Source: a virus
Lineage: Duplodnaviria; Caudoviricetes
Direction: 5' to 3' (one strand)
Virus record (IMG/VR): IMGVR_UViG_3300026519_000012
Location: 751-64,750 of that record
Length of the DNA: 64,000 nucleotides
Shown here: one piece after another, positions 1 through 10,097 of the stretch
Position numbering within the stretch: position 1 is the stretch's first letter
Layout: the number at the start of each line of letters is the position of its first letter
Program-made: the position numbers and the translations under genes
The notes under the pieces: model-generated
What the model was told of the DNA's origin: nothing
Seen by the model: the letters and a program-made list of their open reading frames with translations, nothing else
Databases searched by the model: none

Positions 1-1
1 A

Positions 2-1489
2 TCAAATATTACTAATCATAATCGTTTAGTATTTGTTGGTACGGCTAATGACAGATGGCGTGTGAGGTCATCAGTCGCAGGAGCTGGGAGGATCTGGCGT
101 TTAGGGACAAAAGTACAGTGCCATGTTGATTTTAGGTTTGGCGATTTTGATGACATAGGTGGCGTTGGTGGGGCTGATTTAGCGCAAGGACTCGGGGAGA
201 ATTATAGCTACACTGCTGGTGAGTTTGTGCGCTGCGAGGACGTCACATTTACTCAATGCGGCGCGTCATCTTTTGGCGGTTTTTTACATGTTGACGCCAC
301 TTTCACGCTGCGCAGAATAGACATTAGAGAGCCGCGCGCAGGCAATAATTTTAGTTTTTATATCGCTGATTTATTAACGGCCACTAATGGCACGGGCGTA
401 ATTGACGTTAACCATCTCACGTTCGACGCATCGTCAATAACAAGGGGACTGCGATTACAATCAGGGCGTATCACTGCTCTAACAGATTGTGTGTTCTCAA
501 ACACGCGGTTTTTTATAAACCCACAATCTGGCAATTCGACGGGTATCGACAACTCTTTACATTTCAACGCGGCAACAGCAACGTGGAATACAGGCATTAC
601 TGAGGGCGCTTCTGGCACATCAAATAATCTTTATGTTTTAAATGAGCGTAATAATCCAAAGCCTTTCGAAAATGCCTTTACAGTTAACAATGCGCCCCTG
701 ATAGAGTTATCGTGGATTGAGCCGTACACCGATGACGGCGATCTTCTTATTCTTTCCCCGACTCGCCCGCTAAACTGCAACCACGCGCTGGTTTTGGATG
801 AGCGATCATCGTCATTCTTCAACGCGCTAGGCAGCGCGATGGCAGATAATTATAGTGGCTGGAATAATACGCTGGTGGGTAACTATGATCCATTTTACGG
901 ATCGCTTTTCAGGACAGAATCAGGCGGCAGCGTTACTGGAACGCTGCAATTATATAATAATATCGTGTATAACAAAACGCCGGTTGCTGGGTCACTCGGA
1001 TTTAACATTGACACCCTAGGTGACGATCAGATCACAGAGATGGATTACAACTGCTGGTTCCAGATAGATAATATTTACAATGGAGTGACGTCTGCAACTA
1101 AAACACCCGGTGTAACGGTCGGTTATGGTGGTAATGACATTGTCAATGATCCGCAGTTTTTAGATGCCACGCGTAACGCTGCACAGTATGATCTGTTGAT
1201 GGGGACAGGCGTGGGGACTAACGCTGCATTTGTTGCGGATATGCTCAGCATAAATGGTTACGATGCGGTGACGCGCTCACAAATACCTGCCAATGCGTCA
1301 CCACGTAGGCCAATAGATGCGTATACGTGGGTTCGTGACGGTTATGCGCCTACTAATCCTGTGTTTGAAAATGCAGGCCAGAACGGGTTAACATTTGGCG
1401 CGGTTCCGTTTGTTGATGTTGCGGGGGCGATCGCTGGCAGCGGTTTAATAAATAGCAAAGCGCTAGGGCGTATGAGGTTAATAGGATGA
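2..1489 (+). CDS. Putative parallel beta-helix (pectin-lyase-like) virion/tailspike-type protein, 5' truncated
   Basis: Frame is open from base 2, so the GTG at 62 is probably not the true start. Asn/Gly/Thr-rich, with YNNIVYN, DYNCWF and NDIVNDPQF motifs typical of right-handed beta-helix proteins. Confidence 0.5.
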   Translation, partial: SNITNHNRLVFVGTANDRWRVRSSVAGAGRIWRLGTKVQCHVDFRFGDFDDIGGVGGADLAQGLGENYSYTAGEFVRCEDVTFTQCGASSFGGFLHVDATFTLRRIDIREPRAGNNFSFYIADLLTATNGTGVIDVNHLTFDASSITRGLRLQSGRITALTDCVFSNTRFFINPQSGNSTGIDNSLHFNAATATWNTGITEGASGTSNNLYVLNERNNPKPFENAFTVNNAPLIELSWIEPYTDDGDLLILSPTRPLNCNHALVLDERSSSFFNALGSAMADNYSGWNNTLVGNYDPFYGSLFRTESGGSVTGTLQLYNNIVYNKTPVAGSLGFNIDTLGDDQITEMDYNCWFQIDNIYNGVTSATKTPGVTVGYGGNDIVNDPQFLDATRNAAQYDLLMGTGVGTNAAFVADMLSINGYDAVTRSQIPANASPRRPIDAYTWVRDGYAPTNPVFENAGQNGLTFGAVPFVDVAGAIAGSGLINSKALGRMRLIG

Positions 1490-2082
1490 GCGGAGAGTAT
1501 CTCGGTGATTTCGTCGGAAATGAAACGCTACTGGTCGTTTTCGACACATTTGATTCGGCGGGTGCGAGCGTCACGATGACGGGATTCGATGTAACTGACA
1601 TTGAGATATACAAAGGTGCATCGACTGTTCAGCGGGCTAACGATGCAGGCATTTCACTAATAGACACTGATGGCATCGATATTGATTTAGCAACAGGTAT
1701 CCATGGGTTTTCTGTTGATTTATCTAATAACAGTGATGCTGGGTTTTACGCGGCTGGTAATGATTATTACATCGTTGTCAGCTCAGTAACGATTGATAGT
1801 AAAGTAGTCAGATTCATTGCAGCTAGATTTTCGATTCAAAACAGATTTATGCGCGGGACTGAGAATGCAATGCTTGCGTCATCGTATACAGCGCCCGACA
1901 ACGCCGGCATTGCTGCGATATTAGCGGATACAGGGACGACACTAAATGACAAGATTGATTTAATCGCAGCGGTCACCAGCCAGTTTACATTTACCGTCGC
2001 GAATCAGGTTAATAGCAATGTCCGGTCAATTAACAGTGTGACTATCACTGGGGACGGAAGCGCAACGCCGTTTAATGTATGA
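1486..2082 (+). CDS. Hypothetical phage virion protein
   Basis: 198 aa, ATGA-type coupling to neighbours, beta-rich acidic sequence. Confidence 0.5.
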   Translation: MSGEYLGDFVGNETLLVVFDTFDSAGASVTMTGFDVTDIEIYKGASTVQRANDAGISLIDTDGIDIDLATGIHGFSVDLSNNSDAGFYAAGNDYYIVVSSVTIDSKVVRFIAARFSIQNRFMRGTENAMLASSYTAPDNAGIAAILADTGTTLNDKIDLIAAVTSQFTFTVANQVNSNVRSINSVTITGDGSATPFNV

Positions 2083-2642
2083 GCCTAGCCGTCGACGGCG
2101 TATGGAAGTCGGGGGTTTGGGATCCAGCCCTCTGGGCTGATGGCGTCTGGCGAGAGGGCGTCTGGGGCGACGGCGTATGGAAGTCGGGGGTTTGGGATCC
2201 AGCCCTCTGGGCTGATGGCGTCTGGCGAGAGGGCGAGGCATCGCCAGAACCCGAAGCAGAAGAGCAAACGTCTACTGGTGGGTTTTGGTTTGATTATGAC
2301 CGGGAGATGTACCGGCGCGATGAGGAACTCAAGAAAAGAGAGCGCCTTGAAGCTGAGTCCCAGCAGATTAAAGATCGGCTAGATAGGGAGATTGCTCAGG
2401 AGTACCGGAAAAAAGAAGCTGAACAATCTCGACTCGCCGAATTGCATAGACTTGCAAAGCTGGCTAATATTCACCAACGATCAATCAAATCAATTTTTAG
2501 TGATAGGGCGCTTGTTGCTGCAGAGCGAGCAATAACAAAGGGCAATTACTCGGCGCTTGAAGCGTTTGAGCGCGAGGTAGGCCGCGCACGCGAAGAGGAG
2601 TTTTTTTTAATGCAGGCATTAATGATGGTGCTAAATGACTGA
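2079..2642 (+). CDS. Hypothetical protein with Trp-rich N-terminal repeat and coiled coil
   Basis: Coupled ORF; DGVWKSGVWDPALWADGVWREG occurs twice, followed by an E/K/R-rich helix. Confidence 0.6.
   Translation: MSLAVDGVWKSGVWDPALWADGVWREGVWGDGVWKSGVWDPALWADGVWREGEASPEPEAEEQTSTGGFWFDYDREMYRRDEELKKRERLEAESQQIKDRLDREIAQEYRKKEAEQSRLAELHRLAKLANIHQRSIKSIFSDRALVAAERAITKGNYSALEAFEREVGRAREEEFFLMQALMMVLND
2093..2235 (+). repeat. 68-bp direct repeat x2 (period 75 bp), in frame
   Basis: 2093-2160 is identical to 2168-2235. Confidence 0.95.
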
Positions 2643-3006
2643 CGTATTTATTCACCTGCCGAAGCTCCAAGTAAAAGAGGGTTCAAGCTTTAATGCCACA
2701 GCCTATTTCCGGAATGGCGATGTAGCGGAAGCACCCGGCTCGGCTAAGTATCGCATTGACTGCCTAACAACATGCAGGGTGCTCGTTGATTGGACGGCGT
2801 TATTACCAGGAGGGAGCATCAGTATCCCGGTCACCGCCGAAAACAATGCGATTCAGCGTGGGGGCTATGGCTATTCTGGTGTCTCACGATGCGGCGGAGG
2901 GCAAAGGACTGAGCAAAAACAATTAACCGTTTCGGCTGATCCAGATACCCCAGCGCAAACGAGAGATTCTGCAATATGGGAAGTGGTGAATATTTATGGT
3001 TTCTAA
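2635..3006 (+). CDS. Hypothetical phage protein (possible Ig-like/adaptor)
   Basis: Overlaps both flanking genes in the operon. Confidence 0.5.
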   Translation: MTDVFIHLPKLQVKEGSSFNATAYFRNGDVAEAPGSAKYRIDCLTTCRVLVDWTALLPGGSISIPVTAENNAIQRGGYGYSGVSRCGGGQRTEQKQLTVSADPDTPAQTRDSAIWEVVNIYGF

Positions 3007-3457
3007 GAAAAAAGTAGTGAAGAAAAAGAGCGTTGTTAAGAAAAAGGCCGCAAAAAATAAAGGCGGCAATCGGCGGAAGTGGACGCCTGATGCCCGCGCG
3101 CGTTTTATAGAGCTATTGGGTGACATGCCGAATGTGAGCAGAGCGGCAAGGTTAACCGGATTTTCGAGAAGCCGAATGTATGAGTTGAAAAATGAAGATC
3201 CCGGATTCTCAGAAGAATGGGATGCTGCGATTGAAGTTGGGTGCGACAGGCTCGAAGAAAAAGCATGGCAGCGTGGAGCTGATGGCATTGAAAGTCCTGT
3301 TTATTTTATGGGCAAACAAGTAGGAACGGAGAAGGTCTATTCTGATTTGCTAATGGTTAAATTGTTGGAGGCTCATCGGCCTGACAAATACAGGAAGCAT
3401 GTCAAGCAAGAAGTTCATGTTTTTAATCATGAAGCAGCGCTGGATGAACTGGAATAA
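2996..3457 (+). CDS. terS: Terminase small subunit (phage A)
   Basis: HTH-like NVSRAARLTGFSRSRMY and YSDLLMVKLLEAHRPDKYR signature; immediately upstream of TerL. Confidence 0.8.
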   Translation: MVSKKKVVKKKSVVKKKAAKNKGGNRRKWTPDARARFIELLGDMPNVSRAARLTGFSRSRMYELKNEDPGFSEEWDAAIEVGCDRLEEKAWQRGADGIESPVYFMGKQVGTEKVYSDLLMVKLLEAHRPDKYRKHVKQEVHVFNHEAALDELE

Positions 3458-3460
3458 CCC

Positions 3461-4990
3461 TTGCCGCTCCCCGCACGTGAAAAACAGATAAGGCAGCGTC
3501 TTAAAGACGACTTTCCGCATTACGCTTCAAAATGCTTGAAGATCAGGACTAAGGAGGGTGTAGTTGCGCCGCTTGAGTTGAATCAGGCGCAGCTGTACAT
3601 CCATGCTCGCATTACCGAGCAAGAGAAGGAGCATGGTCGCGTTAGGGCGATCATGCTGAAGGGTCGGCAGCAAGGAGCGTCAACATACACGGAGGGTCGG
3701 TATTACTGGCACACCTCTCATCGCAAGGGAATTCAGACATTTATTTTGACGCACGAAGCAGAGGCCACTAGGAATATTTTCGGAATGGCTAAGCGCTATC
3801 ACGACAATTGCCCTGCGCTGGTTAAGCCGTCAACCACTGGCGACAGCGCGAAAGAGTTAGTCTTTGGTGGGCTTGACTCATCATACAAAGTAGGCACGGC
3901 GGGTAATAAGTCAACGGGTCGATCTGGTACTACCCAACTGTTTCATGGTTCTGAGGTAGCGTTCTGGCAGCATGCAGACGAACATGCAAAAGGCGTGATG
4001 CAAACGGTGCCGGATCTGCCGGGTACTGAGGTCATCCTTGAATCAACCGCGAATGGCGTCGGAAATTATTTCCATCAGCAATGGAAAGCCGCAGAAGCTG
4101 GCGAGTCTGATTTTATCGCAATATTCATTCCATGGTTTTGGCAAAAGGAATACCGAAAGAAATGCCCGGCTGAATTTTCTGAAACCGATGAAGAGGTAAA
4201 GTTGAAAGAACACTACTCACTCGATAGTGAGCAGTTAGCATGGCGGCGTGCAAAGATTACGGAGCTTGCAGCTAATGGTATGGACGGCTTAAAATCCTTC
4301 ATGCAGGAATACCCGATGAACGCAGCTGAGGCGTTTCAGATGACGGGCGGTGATGGGCTCATCACCCCGGACGTGGTGATGAAGGCTCGGCAGGCTAATG
4401 TTAATGGTAATGGCTCACTGGTAGTGGGTGTTGATCCATCAAGGGGTGGTGACAGGTTTTCGACTATCAAGCGCCAAGGCAGAAAAGCATACGATCTAAA
4501 TAGTTACACGGGCAGTCAAGTTGACAAGCTGGGCAAGCAGGTTGCCATCTGCAAAAAGATACTTGATACGACCTGCTCTGTAGCTAAGAAAAAACCTGAC
4601 ATGATGTTTGTTGATGCCGGTGGTGGTTCTGATTTAGTAGATCGACTCCATGAGCTAGGCTATCCGAACGTAAAAGCTATTCAGTTTGGTGGCACGCCGC
4701 TTGACCCTGAGAAATACCCTAATCGTCGCTCTGAAATGTGGGGTGATCTAAATATTTGGCTACGTGATGAGAATTTAGACGTGCAAATTCCTGATAATGA
4801 CACACTGCATGCCGACTTATGCGCAAGCCTCTATTGGCGTGACTCTCATGATAGAATTAATTTGCACAAGAAAGACAAGATCAAGAAAGATCTCGGTTTC
4901 TCGCCAGATGAAGGTGACGCGCTGGCGTTGACTCACGCGGAACCGGTCAAAGAAGCATTAACAGCAGACCCCTACAAAGGATTCAGATAA
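3461..4990 (+). CDS. terL: Terminase large subunit (phage A)
   Basis: Walker A-like LKGRQQGAST, HGSEVAFW, ILESTANG and RNase H-like VGVDPSRGGD...DEGDALALT. Confidence 0.93.
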   Translation: MPLPAREKQIRQRLKDDFPHYASKCLKIRTKEGVVAPLELNQAQLYIHARITEQEKEHGRVRAIMLKGRQQGASTYTEGRYYWHTSHRKGIQTFILTHEAEATRNIFGMAKRYHDNCPALVKPSTTGDSAKELVFGGLDSSYKVGTAGNKSTGRSGTTQLFHGSEVAFWQHADEHAKGVMQTVPDLPGTEVILESTANGVGNYFHQQWKAAEAGESDFIAIFIPWFWQKEYRKKCPAEFSETDEEVKLKEHYSLDSEQLAWRRAKITELAANGMDGLKSFMQEYPMNAAEAFQMTGGDGLITPDVVMKARQANVNGNGSLVVGVDPSRGGDRFSTIKRQGRKAYDLNSYTGSQVDKLGKQVAICKKILDTTCSVAKKKPDMMFVDAGGGSDLVDRLHELGYPNVKAIQFGGTPLDPEKYPNRRSEMWGDLNIWLRDENLDVQIPDNDTLHADLCASLYWRDSHDRINLHKKDKIKKDLGFSPDEGDALALTHAEPVKEALTADPYKGFR

Positions 4991-7242
4991 TGGGAGATAA
5001 AGAAACGCCAGAGTCTGAGGAGAAAAACACCCAGACCGAGGCAGATAAAAAACTGCTGACCAAGATTCGTGATCGGTATAAGGTCATGCTGGATGCGGAT
5101 GAAGAGAATCGCCGATTGGCGATGGAAGACTTGAAGTTCGTGAATGTTCCGGGTGCGCAGTGGGATAATAATATGAAGCAGGAGCGCGGATCGCGCCCCT
5201 GTTATGAATTCAACAAGTTGCGAATTACGGGCAAGCGCGTGATCAATGAGATGCGTGCAAACCGCCCACAGGGCAAGGTAAGAGGCGTTGAAGACGGGGA
5301 CAAAGAGACTGCCGATGTTTATGAGGGGCTAATTCGCAACATCTGGAATACATCGGACGGTGATAGCGTTATTGACCAAGCCGCTGAATATCAGGTTAAT
5401 GGCGGCATGGCGGCGTGGCGCATTACGACAGACTACGCGGGCGATAATGCGTTTGATCAAGATATCAAGATCGAACCGATCCACAATCCGCTTTGCCTGT
5501 ACTGCGACCCTTCAGCTAAAGACCAGTTAAAGCGCGATGCTGAAGACTGGATTCTTACTGAAAAGATATCGAAGACATCGTTTAAAGAGAAATATCCAAA
5601 TATAGAGGCTATTGACTGGGAAGATTCTGAGTTTGACGATGATGATGACTGGAGCGATGACGATCAGGTAAGGATTGCTGAATACTGGTGGAAGGAGCCG
5701 GTCGAAAAAGAGATCTGGCAATTAACGGATGGCAAGGTCGTTGATTCAGAAAGTGATGAAGCCGCTGAGATTCCAGAAGAGCAGATCAAGGCTCGCCGCA
5801 CAATCAAAACACATATTATTAAGATGTGCATCGCCTCTGGCAATGGAATCATAGAGCAGCCCGTTGAGCAAGCAGGCAAAGAGCATCGGTTTGTGATGAT
5901 TTATGGTGAATACGTTTTGATTGATGGGAAAGCCTACTGGTTTGGATTGCCAAGGTTTGCTAAAGATGCGCAGCGCTCTTATAACGTCACCCGCACCGCG
6001 ATTACTGAAACGATTGCGCAGACACCGCAGGCGAAGTGGTGGGCAACAACAGAACAAGCCGAGGGGCACACGGAAAAATGGGCAGAAGCGCATAAAAAGA
6101 ACTTCCCTTTTTTGCTGCACAATAGTGACCCTAAAAACCCCGGCCCACCCAGAAGAATGGGCGGTGCCGATGTACCCATTGCGCTGATTCAAGAATCACA
6201 AATAGCATCCGATGAGATCAAGGACGTCACTGGGATAAACGACGCATCGCTGGGGCGAAATGGAAATGAAACCTCTGGGGTGGCAATTAGGGCGCGCGCT
6301 GCACAGGGTGATATGGCCACCTTTAATTACCAGGACAACATGGGCAAGGGCATCCGTCGCACCTGGGAGATATTGATTGATCTCATCCCGCAGATTTACG
6401 ACACAGAGCGCACTCTGCGCGTATTGGGTACGGATGGCGCGGAGGATTATGTCAAGATCAACACATTTGTAAAAGGTGATGATGGTGAGAATATCAAGGT
6501 GCATGACATGGCGACGGGTCGTTATGATGTGACCGTGACGATTGGCCCGTCGTTTAGCACGCGAAGAGAAGAGGCGTCTGAAACATATTCTCGATTGGCG
6601 CAAGGCAACCCCGAAATTATGGGCGTGGCTGGTGACCTAATATTTAAGTCAATGGATTTACCTTATTCTGAGGATATTGCAGATAGATTGCGGGCGATGT
6701 TGCCACCGCAGATCCAACAGATTATCAATAAAGACGCCCCTATGCCGCCAGAAGCGCAGGCAATGATGCAGCAGGCCAATCAGGCTATGCAGCAGGTAGA
6801 GCAGCAGATGCAAGCGGTTCAACAGGCAGGTCAAGAAGTGGAGCAGGGCAAGGCCGAGGCTGATAAAGCGAAGTCTGAAGTGCAGCAGTTAATCGCCAAT
6901 CTAAAAACAGATGAAGCGCGGTTCGAGGCAAAGATTGCTAAGGAGCTAGCCAAGGTTGCAGAACGCCAGTCAAACGTTAAGATGGGTGAGTTGCAGCGCG
7001 CTTCCGAGGTTGATCATGATGAGATCGGGCAGGATAGGGAGCTATTGGCTCAGCAAATTTCACAGTCTACGCAGGCGATCAATCAGATGTCGGCCGAGTT
7101 TATGCAGCAGGCAATTGCAGCAATCGGTGAGATAAAGCAACATCAGGAAGGCATTAAGCCTAAAGTAATTCGCATCGAATCTGAAAGAGTGAATGGCAAA
7201 TTAGTTGCCACCCCCGTTTATGAAGAAGGAGTAACCCAGTAA
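4990..7242 (+). CDS. P22-type portal protein
   Basis: 750 aa after TerL; RPCYEFNKL, AKDAQRSYN, ETSGVAI and GRYDVTVTIGPSFSTRREE motifs; Q-rich C-terminal barrel. Confidence 0.9.
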   Translation: MGDKETPESEEKNTQTEADKKLLTKIRDRYKVMLDADEENRRLAMEDLKFVNVPGAQWDNNMKQERGSRPCYEFNKLRITGKRVINEMRANRPQGKVRGVEDGDKETADVYEGLIRNIWNTSDGDSVIDQAAEYQVNGGMAAWRITTDYAGDNAFDQDIKIEPIHNPLCLYCDPSAKDQLKRDAEDWILTEKISKTSFKEKYPNIEAIDWEDSEFDDDDDWSDDDQVRIAEYWWKEPVEKEIWQLTDGKVVDSESDEAAEIPEEQIKARRTIKTHIIKMCIASGNGIIEQPVEQAGKEHRFVMIYGEYVLIDGKAYWFGLPRFAKDAQRSYNVTRTAITETIAQTPQAKWWATTEQAEGHTEKWAEAHKKNFPFLLHNSDPKNPGPPRRMGGADVPIALIQESQIASDEIKDVTGINDASLGRNGNETSGVAIRARAAQGDMATFNYQDNMGKGIRRTWEILIDLIPQIYDTERTLRVLGTDGAEDYVKINTFVKGDDGENIKVHDMATGRYDVTVTIGPSFSTRREEASETYSRLAQGNPEIMGVAGDLIFKSMDLPYSEDIADRLRAMLPPQIQQIINKDAPMPPEAQAMMQQANQAMQQVEQQMQAVQQAGQEVEQGKAEADKAKSEVQQLIANLKTDEARFEAKIAKELAKVAERQSNVKMGELQRASEVDHDEIGQDRELLAQQISQSTQAINQMSAEFMQQAIAAIGEIKQHQEGIKPKVIRIESERVNGKLVATPVYEEGVTQ

Positions 7243-7354
7243 TACCCTCGCAGTAGAAAGCAGTACCGTGCCGTAACGGGTGAGCTCTTCTGCTACGTGT
7301 TGTATCCGTACTTGTCCGGTCGGCAAGGCAAAAATACGCTGAGAGGCGCGAAAA

Positions 7355-8164
7355 ATGGAAGATGAAGTAGTTGTTGAAAATGATGCACCAGTAGTTGAAG
7401 AGGAGACTGTTGAGGTGGATGCCGAAACAGAATCCATCGAAAACGAAGCAGGCGAGCAGCAAGAAAGTGAGCCTTCGGAGTCATCACCCGAGAAGCCAAA
7501 CAAAACACAGGATCGTATTGACAAACTAACCAGAAACAGGCGAGAGGCCGAAAGGGATCGGGATTATTGGCGCGATCAGGCGCTGCGGAATCAGCAAGAT
7601 AATCCGGCTCAAAAAAAACCGAAACCAGAGGCGCTCAAAAAGCTTGAAGATTTTGACTACGACGAGGAAAAGTATCAGGAATATCTTTTTGATGCAGCCC
7701 AACAAAATGCGGTTGATGAGGCAAAGCGTGCTCTAAAAGAGGAAATCGATCAGCGAAGTGCCAGAGATCGAATGGCCTCTTTCCGAGATAAAGAGAAATC
7801 ATTCTCTAGGAACGCGGCAGATTATGCAGAGATTGCAGGTAATCCTGACTTACCGGTGAATGATTCTATGGCAGAAACCATACGCGATATGGATAATGGG
7901 CCAGAAGTTCTTTATCATCTAGGGAAGAACATCGACATTGCGGACAGCATTTCTCGGCTTTCGCCATTGGCGGCAGCGCGTGAATTAGGCCGCATTGAAG
8001 AGCGACTATCCTCTCAAATCAAATCAAAAACGGTTAGCGATGCCCCTAAACCAGCGCCGAAGATTAAGACAGCAAATCCGGCAATAACTAAGAACGTTGA
8101 CGATATGACGGATAAAGAGTTCGCCGCTTATCGTCGCAAAATAATCGCTAAAAGAGGTGGATAA
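7355..8164 (+). CDS. Capsid scaffolding protein
   Basis: Acidic N-terminus, coiled coil and GPEVLYHLGKN...ARELGRIE motif; lies between portal and coat. Confidence 0.85.
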   Translation: MEDEVVVENDAPVVEEETVEVDAETESIENEAGEQQESEPSESSPEKPNKTQDRIDKLTRNRREAERDRDYWRDQALRNQQDNPAQKKPKPEALKKLEDFDYDEEKYQEYLFDAAQQNAVDEAKRALKEEIDQRSARDRMASFRDKEKSFSRNAADYAEIAGNPDLPVNDSMAETIRDMDNGPEVLYHLGKNIDIADSISRLSPLAAARELGRIEERLSSQIKSKTVSDAPKPAPKIKTANPAITKNVDDMTDKEFAAYRRKIIAKRGG

Positions 8165-9396
8165 TGGCTAATGTATTAAGTGTTGTTGATCGTGTACTAA
8201 GAGAGGCGCAGCGTATTGCGCATGAAAAACTCTCATTCATTGGAACAACTGACCTGCAATATGATAAATCGTTTAAATACGATAGCAATAGGGGGCCGAA
8301 TGGGCAGACGTTGCGAATTCGCGAGCCTAATCAGTATGTGCGCCGGAAAGGCTCTCGTATCATGGCTATTCAAGATCAGGATGAGTCAACGCAAACCATT
8401 ACCGTCGCGAATCAGGACGGCGTGGATATGAGGTTCAACTCTCAGGAGTTGGTGCAGGCTGTTAATAGCGATGGTGCATTTGATGAGTTAAGTAAGAACT
8501 ACATTGAACCTGCGGTAGCAGTGATGTGCTCGGGAATTGAAGCGGACTTTTTGGAATTCTGCACCAAGCGCGTCAGTAATGTGGTTGGCACTCCCGGTAC
8601 GCCTTTGACTGATCTATTGGCAACGGGCGCGGCCCGCGCAAAGCTTAATCAAAACCTTGCGCCAAAAGATGGTAATCGTTGCGTGCAGATGGAGTCTGTA
8701 ACGATGGGTGGGCTAGTTAATGGCCTGAAGGGGTTGTTTCAGGATTCTCAGCAGATTAAAAAGCAGTACCGTGAAGGAATGATCGGTCGCACGGCGATGG
8801 CCGATTTCTACGAGAACGACCGCATGTACACCCATACCAACGGGGCAGATGTCACTGGATCTACCAATGCGAATGCACAAGTGACTGATGGCGGATCAAC
8901 CATCGATATGAGCACGCTGATTGCGACTACCCCGCTGGGTACCGTCTTCACAGTTGCAGGCGTCTATGCGGTTCATCCTGAGACAAAGCAGGCCTACAGC
9001 CATCTGCAGCAGTATGTTGTGATTGCGGGTACGAATGGCTTGACCACAGTGTCTCCAAGAACGATTCTAACGGGCGCAAAACAGAACGTAGCATCTGCCT
9101 CTGGCGCTGAGCTAGCAGTGACTGATTTCAATTCTAAGGTCGTCACGGTAGTGGGTGCGGCTTCGACTGCCTATACGCAAAACCTGATGTATCACAAAGA
9201 AGCGTTTCAATTTGTAACGGCGGATTTACCGGTCATGGATGATGCCATTAAGTGTGTCGTGCGTCAGTCTGAGGGATTGTCTTTACGCTGCTGGCAGGCT
9301 TCCGATATCCGCAATGATGAGCTTTTAATGCGTATCGATGTTCTGTATGGGATGGCGGCACTACGCCCTGCATGGGCTTGCAGAATCATCGGTTAA
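8164..9396 (+). CDS. P22 gp5-like major capsid (coat) protein
   Basis: GQTLRIREP and C-terminal RIDVLYGMAALRPAWACRI motif of the P22 coat family. Confidence 0.9.
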   Translation: MANVLSVVDRVLREAQRIAHEKLSFIGTTDLQYDKSFKYDSNRGPNGQTLRIREPNQYVRRKGSRIMAIQDQDESTQTITVANQDGVDMRFNSQELVQAVNSDGAFDELSKNYIEPAVAVMCSGIEADFLEFCTKRVSNVVGTPGTPLTDLLATGAARAKLNQNLAPKDGNRCVQMESVTMGGLVNGLKGLFQDSQQIKKQYREGMIGRTAMADFYENDRMYTHTNGADVTGSTNANAQVTDGGSTIDMSTLIATTPLGTVFTVAGVYAVHPETKQAYSHLQQYVVIAGTNGLTTVSPRTILTGAKQNVASASGAELAVTDFNSKVVTVVGAASTAYTQNLMYHKEAFQFVTADLPVMDDAIKCVVRQSEGLSLRCWQASDIRNDELLMRIDVLYGMAALRPAWACRIIG

Positions 9397-9420
9397 TCAC
9401 ACACACAAATAGTAGTTACT

Positions 9421-9444
9421 ATGCCCCAGCGGGTGCTGGGGCAT
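9421..9444 (+). terminator. Hairpin downstream of coat gene
   Basis: ATGCCCCAGC-gggt-GCTGGGGCAT perfect 10-bp stem; no clear U-tract on +. Confidence 0.55.
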
Positions 9445-9463
9445 AAATCAATCAGGAGTCATC

Positions 9464-9676
9464 ATGCAAATTAGCTTAAAACATAACGAACACGGGTACC
9501 ACACCGTCTATTCAAGCGCAGACGCTGCAAGGTTAAAAAATGATGGGTGGGTTATTTGCGATATGGAAAAAGAGATTGATTCCAAGCGCAAGCATATATT
9601 GGCGGCAAAGAAAAAAGCTGCGAAAGAAGAAGTTTCACGATTAGAAGCGGCTGAGAAAGCAGCGGAAAATAAATAG
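9464..9676 (+). CDS. Small hypothetical protein
   Basis: AGGAG RBS, 70 aa. Confidence 0.6.
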   Translation: MQISLKHNEHGYHTVYSSADAARLKNDGWVICDMEKEIDSKRKHILAAKKKAAKEEVSRLEAAEKAAENK

Positions 9677-9686
9677 GCACTGACTT

Positions 9687-10097
9687 GTGAGTATTACCAA
9701 TCAAGAAGTCATTAACCAAGCGCTGCTAGAGATAAACGTTATTGAAGATGGTGATTCTGCAAACGCGGATCAATCATCCGATACGCTCCAAAAGTTGAAC
9801 CAGATGATGGCTGAATGGGCGGTATCAGATAAGGACCTCCACTTCTTCCCCCAGAGCGATTTGACCGATGTCTGTCCAATACCAATCTGGGCGGAAGACG
9901 GGGTGGTTAATAATCTGGCAGTTAAGTGTGCGCCTTCGTTTGCATTTGCTGTAAGCGCGCTGCTGTATGAAAAGGCAAAGAGCGGCTCCAACGTAATTGC
10001 GCGCACATGCATGAACTTGAAACTCAAAAATACTGATATGAGCCACCTACCAGCCGGTAACGGATATCGTAGCAATATACTGACTGATAGTTTATGA
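9687..10097 (+). CDS. Head-to-tail connector, P22 gp4-like
   Basis: INQALLEINV...LNQMMAEW...NNLAV...HLPAGNG pattern and position. Confidence 0.75.
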   Translation: MSITNQEVINQALLEINVIEDGDSANADQSSDTLQKLNQMMAEWAVSDKDLHFFPQSDLTDVCPIPIWAEDGVVNNLAVKCAPSFAFAVSALLYEKAKSGSNVIARTCMNLKLKNTDMSHLPAGNGYRSNILTDSL

